Source of the DNA: a virus
Lineage: Duplodnaviria; Caudoviricetes
Strand: one strand, 5' to 3'
IMG/VR virus record: IMGVR_UViG_3300005298_000010
Span: 6,775-70,774 of that record
DNA: 64,000 nt
Shown: positions 9,302-19,291 of the stretch, one piece after another
Numbering within the stretch: position 1 is the stretch's first letter
Layout: every line of letters starts with the position of its first letter
The notes under the pieces: generated by a model
What the model was told of the DNA's origin: nothing
What the model saw: the letters and a program-made list of their open reading frames with translations, nothing else
Databases searched by the model: none
Made by a program: the position numbers and the translations under genes

Positions 9302-11072
9302 GAAATTAACCATTGGAATGGCAACCTATGATGACTATAATGGTGTCTATTTCACCGTTAAGGCATTACAGATTTATCATCCTCATATCGTCAACCAAAG
9401 CGAGATCTTAATTGTAGACAATAATCCCGACAGTCTTCAGGGGAAGGCCATAAAAGAGTTTGTTAATAAATTTAAGCGACTTGCAATCCGATATGTTCCA
9501 TATAAAGAGCGTATAGGCACCTCAGCCGCCCGGGAGCAGGTGGTTCAGAATGCCACCACGGACTGGGTACTTGTCTGCGATTGTCACGTTTTCTTTGAGA
9601 TCGGAGCACTTGATAGTCTCCTTGAATATATTGAAAAACATAATCCTGTCGACACACTTATCCAGGGTGTGATCCTAAATGAAGATGGAGAGTACGGATA
9701 CACCCATTATCTTCCCAAGTGGCGTGGGGGTCTGTATGGGATTTGGGCCCCTGTAGTCCCGAGGAGTGTTCTTGAAACCATGGAGCCTATGGAGATTTTG
9801 GGAACGGGTCTAGGAGTTTTTGTCTGCAATAAAAACTTCTGGCCCGGTTTTCATCCGCACCACAAAGGATTTGGAGGTGAAGAGATCTATATCCATGAGA
9901 AATATCGTCAAAAGGGCGGCCAGTGTATTCTGCTTCCGTCGCTTCGTTATTATCACAGATTTGGTTACAAATTCCTAGGTCGCCATCCCTATCTAGACAG
10001 CTATTATCATCGAGCCCGGAACTATGTCCTTGAATTCATGGAGCTTGGATGGGATATCGAAACTGTCCGTGAGTACTATGTCGGTCATGGTTACATCACG
10101 CCTAAAGATTGGGAACATCTTATTGCTGATCCCATAAATCATGATACTCACCCAGGGCATATTGCACCCGATGAAAAGCCAAAGACCGTTCCTGCAGCGA
10201 GTATCCCTCAATCAGATAAAGCTCCAGTTCCTACAGAAACGTCTATATCCCCCCAAGACCAAAGACGCATCCAACTTGAGCAGCAAATCAAGGCCGTTCA
10301 GCAATTAGCAGAAGAAATTGTTAAGACTCAAGATCTTGATGAGGTTCTTCAGAAGTACGGTACCCGCAAAGAGAAGGTGCCTTTTAACGATCTTAACCTC
10401 CAAAAAACTCTTATTATTTCCGCGGATGCCCTCGATCTACCCCTTCAGCTGTTATTCCATGCCCCCGCTCAAAGCCTTTTTGTTGTTCTCAGTAACCGCA
10501 TGACGGACATGATCATTCTTGATGCCCTCATGAAAAAGGTCGCAGGGTATATGGACCTCCGCCATAGCAATTATCCCCTTCTTGAAATCTACCAGCCCGC
10601 GGATGACTGTACCCTCCTTGCCATCGATCTTACCAATCAGGATGAAAGCCTACTGTCATTCCTAGAGAAATTTGTCCCGCGAACGCAGCAGGTCTTATTC
10701 TATAACATCGAAAGAAACCCCGAAATCACTGATAAGCTTAGCACCTTTATGCTGAACAAGTTCCCGAACTTTGCTGTTCGGGAGGCCGAATCACACCTTT
10801 ATATTCTGTTTGATCGGAATGGCCCCAACCTGAGTCTCCCCACGATCTTTACACGGCTTTTGACTTATTCCAAATCGATAGGAAAACGACTTACGGGCGA
10901 GTCGCAACGGGTTCCTGATGAGGAAGTTCAAAGGCGGTTATCCATCTGTGGGCGTTGTGAGTATCGGAGGGGAACCAAATGTACGATCTGCGGCTGCTAT
11001 CTTATCAATGGTTTAGCAAACGACGGGAAGGTCTTTTGGTCCGCCGAGAAATGCCCAAAAGACAAGTGGTAA
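9285..11072 (+). CDS. GT2-family glycosyltransferase with C-terminal extension and terminal Cys cluster
   Basis: Start moved to ATG 9285 (MEPAAKK), overlapping the upstream stop; TIGMATYD, ILIVDNNPD, WVLVCDCHV (DxD-like), GFGGEE; C-terminal CGRC...CTICGC...CPKDKW. Confidence 0.8.
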   Translation: MEPAAKKLTIGMATYDDYNGVYFTVKALQIYHPHIVNQSEILIVDNNPDSLQGKAIKEFVNKFKRLAIRYVPYKERIGTSAAREQVVQNATTDWVLVCDCHVFFEIGALDSLLEYIEKHNPVDTLIQGVILNEDGEYGYTHYLPKWRGGLYGIWAPVVPRSVLETMEPMEILGTGLGVFVCNKNFWPGFHPHHKGFGGEEIYIHEKYRQKGGQCILLPSLRYYHRFGYKFLGRHPYLDSYYHRARNYVLEFMELGWDIETVREYYVGHGYITPKDWEHLIADPINHDTHPGHIAPDEKPKTVPAASIPQSDKAPVPTETSISPQDQRRIQLEQQIKAVQQLAEEIVKTQDLDEVLQKYGTRKEKVPFNDLNLQKTLIISADALDLPLQLLFHAPAQSLFVVLSNRMTDMIILDALMKKVAGYMDLRHSNYPLLEIYQPADDCTLLAIDLTNQDESLLSFLEKFVPRTQQVLFYNIERNPEITDKLSTFMLNKFPNFAVREAESHLYILFDRNGPNLSLPTIFTRLLTYSKSIGKRLTGESQRVPDEEVQRRLSICGRCEYRRGTKCTICGCYLINGLANDGKVFWSAEKCPKDKW

Positions 11073-11082
11073 AAATACGCTT

Positions 11083-11787
11083 ATGATAAGCTTTTACCGC
11101 AAAATTATTACCGAGTGTAAGATCCTCAAGAAACACGAACTTGTTGAATTATGGAAACGGTGGAAGCAGCACAAAGACGAAGATGCTTATCACCAGCTCA
11201 TTTTCTCCCAGCTTCGCCTCGCCTACCAAATTGCCGACCGTCTGAAACGTTTTTATCCACATGAATGCGAGGATGATGTCAAGTCGGAAGCGACACTAGC
11301 CGTTATAAATGCCCTCAAATGGTGGGACCCCAAAAAGGGGAACCTATCAACCATTACAACCATTGTCTGCTATCAAAGGATCTGTAAGTACCTTTTGGTT
11401 AACCGTTACATCATTCGCATTCCCTATCATGTCTTGCGGCAGATTAACAAACTAGAAAAGGTCGTCCATCCGGAGGTTCAGGAATTAATTAAAAACCTAT
11501 CTTATCTTAATGAACATACTCAAGTTCGCTCAGACTCTTCTCCTCTTGATAACCTAATAACTGCCGAAAGTAACGAACGTCTAAGGGCGGCTTTGGATAA
11601 GTTACCTCCTCTCAAAAAAGAGATTATCCAGCAATATTACGGCTTTTTTGGTGCACCAAAAACTGTCCAAACATTAGCTAAAAAATATAATATGAGTGAG
11701 TCGGACATGCTTAAGCTGCTTTCCGACTGTCATGAAGAATTGAAAAGGAATATAGTCAACGAGCTCCAGAAGGACGAGCAACAGTAA
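11083..11787 (+). CDS. Second RNA polymerase sigma70-family factor
   Basis: AYHQLIFSQLRLAYQIA (region 2.1), WWDPKKGNLST, YIIRIPYH, region 4 LDKLPPLKKEIIQQYYG...TLAKKYNMS. Confidence 0.85.
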   Translation: MISFYRKIITECKILKKHELVELWKRWKQHKDEDAYHQLIFSQLRLAYQIADRLKRFYPHECEDDVKSEATLAVINALKWWDPKKGNLSTITTIVCYQRICKYLLVNRYIIRIPYHVLRQINKLEKVVHPEVQELIKNLSYLNEHTQVRSDSSPLDNLITAESNERLRAALDKLPPLKKEIIQQYYGFFGAPKTVQTLAKKYNMSESDMLKLLSDCHEELKRNIVNELQKDEQQ

Positions 11788-11880
11788 AATCCCGGTGTAA
11801 TTGTTGTTCGTTGTATGACGATAGTCCTGTGGACTTTCGCAGAAAGCTAGGTCATCATTAGTGGACGGAGGGAAGAAGTC

Positions 11881-12096
11881 GTGTTAAGATTAAAACGTTA
11901 TCGTGGTCAAGGTGTTCACATTGGGGAGAATATCTATATCAAGATCATTAGAATCGATAAGGATGGTTGTGTAGAATTGGGTATTAGTGCCCCAGAGGAT
12001 GTCAAGATCCTTAGGACTGAATTAAAATATCGGATGAAGGCGAACGGGAAAATATCAGAAACCACAGTCACCACACCTGCTAAGGAGGATAAATAG
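11881..12096 (+). CDS. csrA: Carbon storage regulator CsrA/RsmA homologue
   Basis: MLRLKRYRGQGVHIGENIYIKII...VELGISAPEDVKILRTEL follows the CsrA pattern (MLxLxR..G..I.IG...V.LGI.AP..V.I.R.E); GTG start after GGAGGG. Confidence 0.9.
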   Translation: MLRLKRYRGQGVHIGENIYIKIIRIDKDGCVELGISAPEDVKILRTELKYRMKANGKISETTVTTPAKEDK

Positions 12097-12108
12097 GGGA
12101 GCCTGTTT

Positions 12109-12402
12109 ATGAAGATCGTGAAGATTGCCGCTGCTGAAACCCTCGGAGAAGGTTTGGATCTTAACTTCGCCAAGAAGCTTAAGGTGATTATTGAGGCGGA
12201 GAACTATAGGGATCTTTTACATTTTGAAAAGGTCACTAGGACGGTTTATGATGCCCTTGGAGAACGCATAAGCTTCGAATCGCTAGGTCGTCCCGACAGG
12301 ATCTATTTCGTTGATGAAGAAGGAAACGATATCCCAATGGATAATCATCCTCCAAAATCGCCCTATAAAATCCGGGGTGAATTCACAGTACATCGTCTCT
12401 AA
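12109..12402 (+). CDS. Hypothetical protein
   Basis: 97 aa ORF with upstream GGGGAG RBS; stop overlaps the convergent gene. Confidence 0.65.
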   Translation: MKIVKIAAAETLGEGLDLNFAKKLKVIIEAENYRDLLHFEKVTRTVYDALGERISFESLGRPDRIYFVDEEGNDIPMDNHPPKSPYKIRGEFTVHRL

Positions 12403-13973
12403 TGGCTTGACATTAACAGTTTTAAGTTGAACGGAGGTAGGGAGAAAGGAAAGTCCTCCAGACAGAAGTGGGGGGCCTTCTTATCCTCCGTTATAACGAT
12501 CTCCCGCCCTAGAGCTGGCCAGTTTGTGTGGTCAGCTCTTATTTTTGTAATCCAGAACTTAGCCAAGACCCGCTCTGCAACCTCCTGACGAGGACAGTAC
12601 AAGAGCCACTGTTGGCTTTTACCCTCCAAAACAGCTTCCAAAATGTTCCTTAACCAACGCAAGAACGGATTGAACTGCAAGGAAAGGATCTCAGGGGAGG
12701 ATAAGGCTCGAATAGGAACCCAACCGAAAGGATAATCACTAAGGTAGAAATAATTCTGACGAATCTCATCTCGAAAGCTTACATAGGGAAGGAATATCTC
12801 CTTAAGCTGAGCATGATAACCAAATAGTGGCTCCACAGCCTGAGTACAACTGGTTTTATAAAGATCCATGAGAATAGACATAAAATATGGACTTATTCGC
12901 TTATGAACAAAACAAGGGATCTGTTCGGAGGCACAAGCAAACTGAATCCACCTTAAAGCCAAGGAAGGAGAATCAAAACCCACATCGACTCGACGGCCAC
13001 CATACTCTAGATAGCCTCGATAGATCGTCTTTGTTTCATAGTGTAGAATATGCGTCAATACAAAGGGTATCTGAGCCAGGATCTCGCCGGTCTTCGCATG
13101 TCGCCATATTTGTTGGTTGAAATCCACGATTATAGGAGGTGTCTTAGGTAGCATGACGAGGGGGTATGAAGTCGCCGGACGCTTTTGTAATTTATTTACT
13201 TGGAAAAGAAGACTCGGTCCATGCCAAGATTTAAGCCAGCTCCGAACCACATAGGGCAAAGAAAGCTTCTTAAGCTGCTGGAGGGTCGTAAGATTTTCCT
13301 CCTCAATAATTGCGATTGCAGGATTGGGTGCCCAGAGATGAAGACCGGCAATAGATAGCTGAGGATGGGCTAGGATAGGAACAAGGGTGTGCGTTTCCAG
13401 GTTCCGGTTAATAAGCTTAAGGGCATTTAATAAGTCCTGGAAAAGCAAAAAGGGCTTGTCGGCGGTAACTTGTTGATAAATAAGGTGAAAAAAGGCTTGT
13501 CCGAAGGGATGCCACGAGATGCTTCGAATACGCCTACGACCAATAAACCAGACTCCGGTAATATAGCCTGGGACGGTCTTGGTGATAATAAGGTGCTTAG
13601 GGCGAATCGGTTGCGACTGACCCTTAAGAGCGGCAGCAAACGATTTCGGATCCCCAAGTCCTACTGTCCAAGGAAGCAAATCCGGAGGGATGTTTGAAAT
13701 CAAGTGGTTATAGGGGCTGTTTTGTAGGAATTTTTGAGTCTGTTTAAGGTACTGGAAGGCCTCCTGTGATTTTTTAACGGCAAATGTCTTGTGCTGCTCA
13801 AGAAAGGTAATATAATCTTCAGGTTGTGGATCTAATAGAGGCAAAATTAGCTGAATAGGTTTAACTCCGCATTCACAGGCAGCAAACCCTGCAAGGAATC
13901 GAACTAATTGGAGGCAGCTCTTGCAACAGTATGCCGACAGCTCTGATCCCATTGATTTTCTTGTCCTTGTCAA
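12399..13973 (-). CDS. Hypothetical protein with N-terminal Cys cluster; possibly a degenerate primase-like protein
   Basis: 524 aa; CCKSC...CECG, then VPGYITGVWFIGR and FLLFQDLLNAL loosely recall DnaG/TOPRIM. Function uncertain. Confidence 0.55.
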   Translation of the reverse strand: MTRTRKSMGSELSAYCCKSCLQLVRFLAGFAACECGVKPIQLILPLLDPQPEDYITFLEQHKTFAVKKSQEAFQYLKQTQKFLQNSPYNHLISNIPPDLLPWTVGLGDPKSFAAALKGQSQPIRPKHLIITKTVPGYITGVWFIGRRRIRSISWHPFGQAFFHLIYQQVTADKPFLLFQDLLNALKLINRNLETHTLVPILAHPQLSIAGLHLWAPNPAIAIIEEENLTTLQQLKKLSLPYVVRSWLKSWHGPSLLFQVNKLQKRPATSYPLVMLPKTPPIIVDFNQQIWRHAKTGEILAQIPFVLTHILHYETKTIYRGYLEYGGRRVDVGFDSPSLALRWIQFACASEQIPCFVHKRISPYFMSILMDLYKTSCTQAVEPLFGYHAQLKEIFLPYVSFRDEIRQNYFYLSDYPFGWVPIRALSSPEILSLQFNPFLRWLRNILEAVLEGKSQQWLLYCPRQEVAERVLAKFWITKIRADHTNWPALGREIVITEDKKAPHFCLEDFPFSLPPFNLKLLMSSH

Positions 13974-14045
13974 AGATTAAAATTTGATGTAGAAATGTCC
14001 TAAATCATTTCGATATGAACATCGACTTTAGTAGCCCTTGGAGGA

Positions 14046-14963
14046 TTGTGTATGACTTACCCCGAGTTGGTTGCAGCTGTTAAGAAACTAGCCAGCTCTC
14101 GGAAGCAGTTGTCTCGAGATCAATACGAACAACAGGCTGAAAGGCTTATTAAAGCCGCCGAACCTTATGGGATGGCCGGACTTATTCGGTCTTTATTATT
14201 TGCACCTACGGGTATGGAGAAACAGGCAAGCCCCATAACATTCTACGGCCGTGACTACTACCCTATCCGAAACCAAACCGAGGCCGAGGCGGCTTATAGC
14301 TATATCCAGACATATCGGGACCGGCTGCCTTTGACCTTCTGCACCAAACTTGCTCGGAAGATTATCGCCAAACACAGCCAAGGCGTTTGCTATTTTGAGG
14401 ACGAGAAGCTAAATCAGTTGTTCAAAATCGCAGGATTCGGAATCGCTCCCAAGGAGACGGTTCTGGCAGGGCTTAATTCCCGCCATCAGCTGTATCTTAG
14501 CCATGGTAAAAAACAATATGCCGCGTTGATAAAGGAGGCGATCGACAACATCGAACGAAGCGGTGTTGAAGACTTCTACACCAGCGGGACTATGGATAAG
14601 CTAGCTTTGCTTATTGATAAAGCTGACCGCGATACCGGAATTTGTAATTATTATGGTCGCGGCGTCACGCCTCCTGAAGAATTCCTGTTCAACACAACGA
14701 TCAAAGAAATAGAGGACTTTAAACGTGGTATTGTGGAGAATGTAAAGACGGGGAAAGCTTATCATGTTTCGGATCTAAATCGAGTGGATGTTGTTTTCTT
14801 AAGGAACCTGCTCGGAGATCAGCCCTTTATGGTTGATTCACGGTCTATTGATCCCGAGCACTTCCGGCAATGGCTTAAAGAAGCCGGAACCCATGAAGCG
14901 GAGTTAGTGGATCAGGTCTTCGAATGGTCAGGAATTAAACCGGTAGGGGTCCGAGTCCGATGA
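14046..14963 (+). CDS. Hypothetical protein
   Basis: 305 aa, GGAGG RBS upstream (ATG at 14052), ATGA overlap with the next gene. Confidence 0.7.
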   Translation: MCMTYPELVAAVKKLASSRKQLSRDQYEQQAERLIKAAEPYGMAGLIRSLLFAPTGMEKQASPITFYGRDYYPIRNQTEAEAAYSYIQTYRDRLPLTFCTKLARKIIAKHSQGVCYFEDEKLNQLFKIAGFGIAPKETVLAGLNSRHQLYLSHGKKQYAALIKEAIDNIERSGVEDFYTSGTMDKLALLIDKADRDTGICNYYGRGVTPPEEFLFNTTIKEIEDFKRGIVENVKTGKAYHVSDLNRVDVVFLRNLLGDQPFMVDSRSIDPEHFRQWLKEAGTHEAELVDQVFEWSGIKPVGVRVR

Positions 14964-15655
14964 ATATTGAATTATTTGAGAGGCGGCGTAAAATCCTCCA
15001 GGGGGATTGTTACGCCACGACAGCCATTCTTATCGCCTGTTCCGACTTAAGCATCCGCTGTTTGGAATGGCTACCAGAGACAATTCTTAAGCACCTGGAT
15101 GCTATTTATGGCGATCTACCAATAACCACTTACAATAAACTCTTTGCCGCTCAGACCGTCATCAATACCAACTTCTATTATCGTCTCCTCGATCACTTCC
15201 ACGTCATTAACAACTCTCTCTTCCATGGTACCATGGATGATGCTATCACCGACTCCGTGGAATTCGGATGGGGCTTGCTAGAAACCCAACTACTAATGCC
15301 CCATCCCATTCCCTATGATCCTGGAGATCTCTTCTCGCGAGATATCTTGGACTACCTTGAGTACCTGTGGCAGCAAGAAGGAATCCTTAAAGCCCCAGAC
15401 GTCTATAGCATTGGCGGCTTCGTTTTTAACAATATTGATACGGTCCTAGGGGCTTTTGCAGGCGACCCTCTAATGTATGAGGGTATGTATAAGGCGGCTA
15501 TGGAGAAGTCGAATTTGATTGACGCAATTTGCCGAGAAAAAGTTCATGAGCTCGTCTATGAATTAAATTCCGCAGGCTTTCCATTTACACTACAACAAGT
15601 CCTCGATATCTTATCCGGGCAAGGCACGACGCTTTATCCGCTGGGACAGATTTAG
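14960..15655 (+). CDS. Hypothetical protein
   Basis: 231 aa ORF coupled to the upstream gene. Confidence 0.7.
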   Translation: MNIELFERRRKILQGDCYATTAILIACSDLSIRCLEWLPETILKHLDAIYGDLPITTYNKLFAAQTVINTNFYYRLLDHFHVINNSLFHGTMDDAITDSVEFGWGLLETQLLMPHPIPYDPGDLFSRDILDYLEYLWQQEGILKAPDVYSIGGFVFNNIDTVLGAFAGDPLMYEGMYKAAMEKSNLIDAICREKVHELVYELNSAGFPFTLQQVLDILSGQGTTLYPLGQI

Positions 15656-15978
15656 TCTATAAAGCTATCATCATTCTGCCGAGGGATATTTCTCTTGCCT
15701 GTCTCCGACCGTAAGACGTTCTGAGCCTTACTGTCCTTTGATTTTTCAAGTCCATATGCAATCCTCCATTCTTGTGCCCTCTGCAAGAGGTTATCTATCG
15801 TATAGGATGCCAGACATGGACCACGCTCGACAGCCCCTGTTGGCAAAGAAGACACCTTTTGGAGCTTGATTAGGATGGGAATATAAAGCTGTCCTACCAC
15901 CCCCGCCTGATAAATTTCACCTCGATCTCGAACATAATACTCAACCTTGGATCCTTTCCTGTATTCGTAAACGATCAT
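15652..15978 (-). CDS. Hypothetical protein
   Basis: 108 aa with AGGAGG RBS; last gene of the leftward run. Confidence 0.65.
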   Translation of the reverse strand: MIVYEYRKGSKVEYYVRDRGEIYQAGVVGQLYIPILIKLQKVSSLPTGAVERGPCLASYTIDNLLQRAQEWRIAYGLEKSKDSKAQNVLRSETGKRNIPRQNDDSFID

Positions 15979-16016
15979 GGCTCTACCTCCTTCTAATCCT
16001 TTACAGTACCACGTCT

Positions 16017-16673
16017 TTATTTACCTTTTCCTGCCTCCAATTGTTTGATAGCCTCCGCGAAACGTGCCGTCCCGTTGTAAGCCAAACCCAATAGTAGGCA
16101 TAAGATTGCATCGGCAGTATGATGCTTCACTTCGATTCCGAACCGCTTCTTAACAAATGTCACGGCAGCCATCTTCTTTGTCAAATTGCTCTCTCGAGGA
16201 TTCTTGAATTCATTGACTTCCTTTCTTAAAAAAGCAGTGATTTTGCTTGGGTTTACTCCTTCGACCGAAATCATGTTATGCGAAGCCCATAATTGCAGGA
16301 TTGTCCTTAGAGAGACAAGGATGTCCCGACTAACAAAACGCCCCCAAGTGGATTCCTTCTTTCTCGGGGTATAATATAACTCCTCATAAAAGATTCGTCC
16401 CGGTTTAATTTTTTCCAAAAAGTCCCAGAACTTGATAAAGGCCGTTGCATAAACTTCATTCTTCCGTAGCCTCAGGTTCAAAACACCTACATGGTCCTTA
16501 TTGATATTCCACTGACCTGTCTCTTTATCTCGCTCCGCCACAGCATATCCTAGTTCAAGTCCGAGGTCTAACCCCAAGGCCCGGTCAGCGTTGGTGACCA
16601 ACGAAGATATTTTCTCTTCAACGGGAGCTTCTATGAAAGTGATCATAAGCTCGGACTCTCGGAAACAGCTCAA
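16017..16673 (-). CDS. ruvC: RuvC-like Holliday junction resolvase
   Basis: ALGLDLG, IFYEE, VNPSKI and HHTADAI give the RuvC acidic motif order; the true start is probably MITFIEAP. Confidence 0.75.
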   Translation of the reverse strand: MSCFRESELMITFIEAPVEEKISSLVTNADRALGLDLGLELGYAVAERDKETGQWNINKDHVGVLNLRLRKNEVYATAFIKFWDFLEKIKPGRIFYEELYYTPRKKESTWGRFVSRDILVSLRTILQLWASHNMISVEGVNPSKITAFLRKEVNEFKNPRESNLTKKMAAVTFVKKRFGIEVKHHTADAILCLLLGLAYNGTARFAEAIKQLEAGKGK

Positions 16674-17274
16674 GCATCAACTGCAACCGTACACACGGAT
16701 CGCACAATCTAAGTTGCGTCATATCATATCCGAAGGCCATAAGCATATCCTTGAATGACCAACCTCTAATTCCATAATATGGGACCAGATCCACATCGTC
16801 CGAAAGATTCAAGCACTTCCTTAACCATAACTCATTTAGACAGATCACAGGAATCCTTGCCTTTAACTCCTCAGCCCTAATCTCTTTCAGGAAATTATGA
16901 ATTCTTAAACCCAGTAGCTGGACAGGGACCCCGGAATTGTGTGCTTGGACACCCTGAACGATACGTTGTAGATACCGCCCGAGTTGATGCAAGGACAAGC
17001 TGGGCCTACCAGAATAGAACTCAATTTCCGGGAAGCGTTGAAGTTGCAGGACTTTTTGCGTATAGGCGTTTGGTGCCAAGGCTAATCGGTACATCATAGG
17101 CTCAGATACGTACAGGAGTTGTCTCCTATTATACACAGCCAGACAGCACCCGGCACCATATAGGATCCTGTGTGGAATGCTAGTGGAATAGATGATCCCA
17201 AGTACCAGCTCATCCGCTAATTTCAATACGGTTGCCAAATGGTGAGCTTGCCGTTGCAATGATGACTGATCCAT
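16618..17274 (-). CDS. Hypothetical protein, possibly a degenerate DnaQ-like exonuclease fold
   Basis: 218 aa between SbcC and RuvC; only loose resemblance, catalytic acids not evident. Confidence 0.5.
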   Translation of the reverse strand: MDQSSLQRQAHHLATVLKLADELVLGIIYSTSIPHRILYGAGCCLAVYNRRQLLYVSEPMMYRLALAPNAYTQKVLQLQRFPEIEFYSGRPSLSLHQLGRYLQRIVQGVQAHNSGVPVQLLGLRIHNFLKEIRAEELKARIPVICLNELWLRKCLNLSDDVDLVPYYGIRGWSFKDMLMAFGYDMTQLRLCDPCVRLQLMLELFPRVRAYDHFHRSSR

Positions 17275-19270
17275 TGTACTTCTCCATTAATTCCACAAAT
17301 GCCGACCTATTTCCACTATCAAGTCCTATTAAAGGTTCATCCAGTAGTAGGAATTGTTGCACCGGCAGAAGCTTATGAAGGGTCAAAAGGAATAACAATG
17401 AAACAAACACCTTTTGACCAAACGACAAATAATCGAGCGGAATCACTGCCCCATTGAGGAATTTTGCCACAAACCCAAAAGGATTCTCTCGTAGTTCAAT
17501 CACAAACCCGCAGTCGCTCTTGAGGAGATACTCATTTATTACTTGAATCAGATAATCCCGAATAAACTGAAGACTGCATTCGGTAAATACCATTCGGAAG
17601 TCATTAATGAATGTATTTGTCTCTTCATGAATTCGCTGCCGATACTTAACTTCCTGTAATTTGCCCTCCAGCTCTTGGATCTTCGTCTTTAATTCGTCCA
17701 CACTTTTCTTTGCATATTGGTACTGTTGATACTCGGGTTCAATCTGGTTCAATTCCTTACGCAGTTGTTCCCTTTTCTCGAAGAGTTCATAAGGATCGAA
17801 AGTTAGAGGGACATCAGGATGGTTACTTACGATTTCCTCTACAACGGACGCTTGAGCCTTTGCCCTCCGTAATTTGTCCTCGGTATCCCTTATCTTCTGC
17901 TTAACATCTTCATAAGCATTACACAGTTTCACAGCTTGATTGGCCCAGTTCAGGATCTCCTCATGGGTCGCACTAACATCCAATGTCTGCAACACGAGCT
18001 CCTTGAATCTTTTTCTTAAGATCCTAAACTGCTGACGGATATCTATGCGTTTCTGAGCAATATCAACTAGTTCCTTGTAGAGCGGTTCCCACTTATTTTT
18101 TTCTGCCTCAAGCCTCTGATATTGTGAGAAGATATGAGACCTATGTTCTGGCGATATTGCTTGATGGCATGTGGGGCAGATGTCTTCTCGGCACGCATCC
18201 AGGTTCTCCAGTACCTTCTGATATCGTAGCAGCTCTTTCCGTAAGTCTTCATACTTACTCCTTATCCACCTTGCGTTCTGGGGATAATTTGGTCTATTCC
18301 GGAACAGCTCTACAGCCTTCCTAAGGATTTTTTGGGTCTCAATCTTAGCCTGATAAGACAGCTGTAACCTTTTGGCTATAGCGTTAATCCCTTCCTGTGA
18401 TATTTCCTTGACATCGGAGGGGATATATTTGGCATAAGGGCTGAACAGTTCGCGAAGCTGTTGGATGGTCGCCTGTTCTTCCCTTTTCAGCTGTTCCAGG
18501 ATCTGCTCGTTAGTCTCAATGTCCTGCCTAATATCCTTATAACGTTGATGAGCAATATGGATTTTGACCTCGGGGACCTGGATCTGGGCCTCTATGGTCG
18601 TTAGGGCATCACGTATCCTATTATACTTAGAAACCAGCTCTTCGCAAGACAGTATTTGAAGAAAACTCTGAAGCTGAGCACGAGCGTCTTCTAGCCGAGT
18701 ACTATAGGTTAATTCCTTATCTCGTTCAGTGGTAATGGAAACAATTCCTCGCCACTTATAGTACAGTTCATGGAAGTCATCGAGGGGGGTTAACCCGAAT
18801 AATGTCTCCACGAAGTTCAGGACCTTATTCCTTGATGTCATTGTCCCTAGATGGTGGATAAGCAAGGCAATACTTGCCTGCGTTACATACCACCAGCTCG
18901 GACTTACCTTTCCAATCCCTAGGTCCTTCAGATAGGCAACGATGTTTTTTATGCCACGAATCCTTCCTTGAGGGGTCTCGAGAATAGCCGCAGTGCCCTT
19001 TACTTTTCGAAGACTTTTCTGCAAGAAATAGGTTTCCTTGCCGAGGGTAAATTCGACTTCAATTACCGACCCAGAGGTACCATAACGGATTAGCTCTTTA
19101 TCATAAGAGTCGGCAGAAAAGGCCGTATAGATAGCATCAAGGACGCTGGTTTTCCCGACGCCGTTACGACCATACAGTACATTAACCGTAGGATAGAAGT
19201 TCAGCTCTAGATCGCGAATACACTTGAAATCCGTGATATGAACTCGTTTAAGGATGGCCTGAAGGTGCAT
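17210..19270 (-). CDS. sbcC: SbcC/Rad50/gp46-like ATPase
   Basis: Walker A GRNGVGKTS, coiled coil with CPTC zinc hook, signature LSFGQK, Walker B LLLDEP. Confidence 0.92.
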   Translation of the reverse strand: MHLQAILKRVHITDFKCIRDLELNFYPTVNVLYGRNGVGKTSVLDAIYTAFSADSYDKELIRYGTSGSVIEVEFTLGKETYFLQKSLRKVKGTAAILETPQGRIRGIKNIVAYLKDLGIGKVSPSWWYVTQASIALLIHHLGTMTSRNKVLNFVETLFGLTPLDDFHELYYKWRGIVSITTERDKELTYSTRLEDARAQLQSFLQILSCEELVSKYNRIRDALTTIEAQIQVPEVKIHIAHQRYKDIRQDIETNEQILEQLKREEQATIQQLRELFSPYAKYIPSDVKEISQEGINAIAKRLQLSYQAKIETQKILRKAVELFRNRPNYPQNARWIRSKYEDLRKELLRYQKVLENLDACREDICPTCHQAISPEHRSHIFSQYQRLEAEKNKWEPLYKELVDIAQKRIDIRQQFRILRKRFKELVLQTLDVSATHEEILNWANQAVKLCNAYEDVKQKIRDTEDKLRRAKAQASVVEEIVSNHPDVPLTFDPYELFEKREQLRKELNQIEPEYQQYQYAKKSVDELKTKIQELEGKLQEVKYRQRIHEETNTFINDFRMVFTECSLQFIRDYLIQVINEYLLKSDCGFVIELRENPFGFVAKFLNGAVIPLDYLSFGQKVFVSLLFLLTLHKLLPVQQFLLLDEPLIGLDSGNRSAFVELMEKYNGSVIIATASSPFGNRIEISG

Positions 19271-19291
19271 GCCGCCTAGCCTGTCCTTCTC

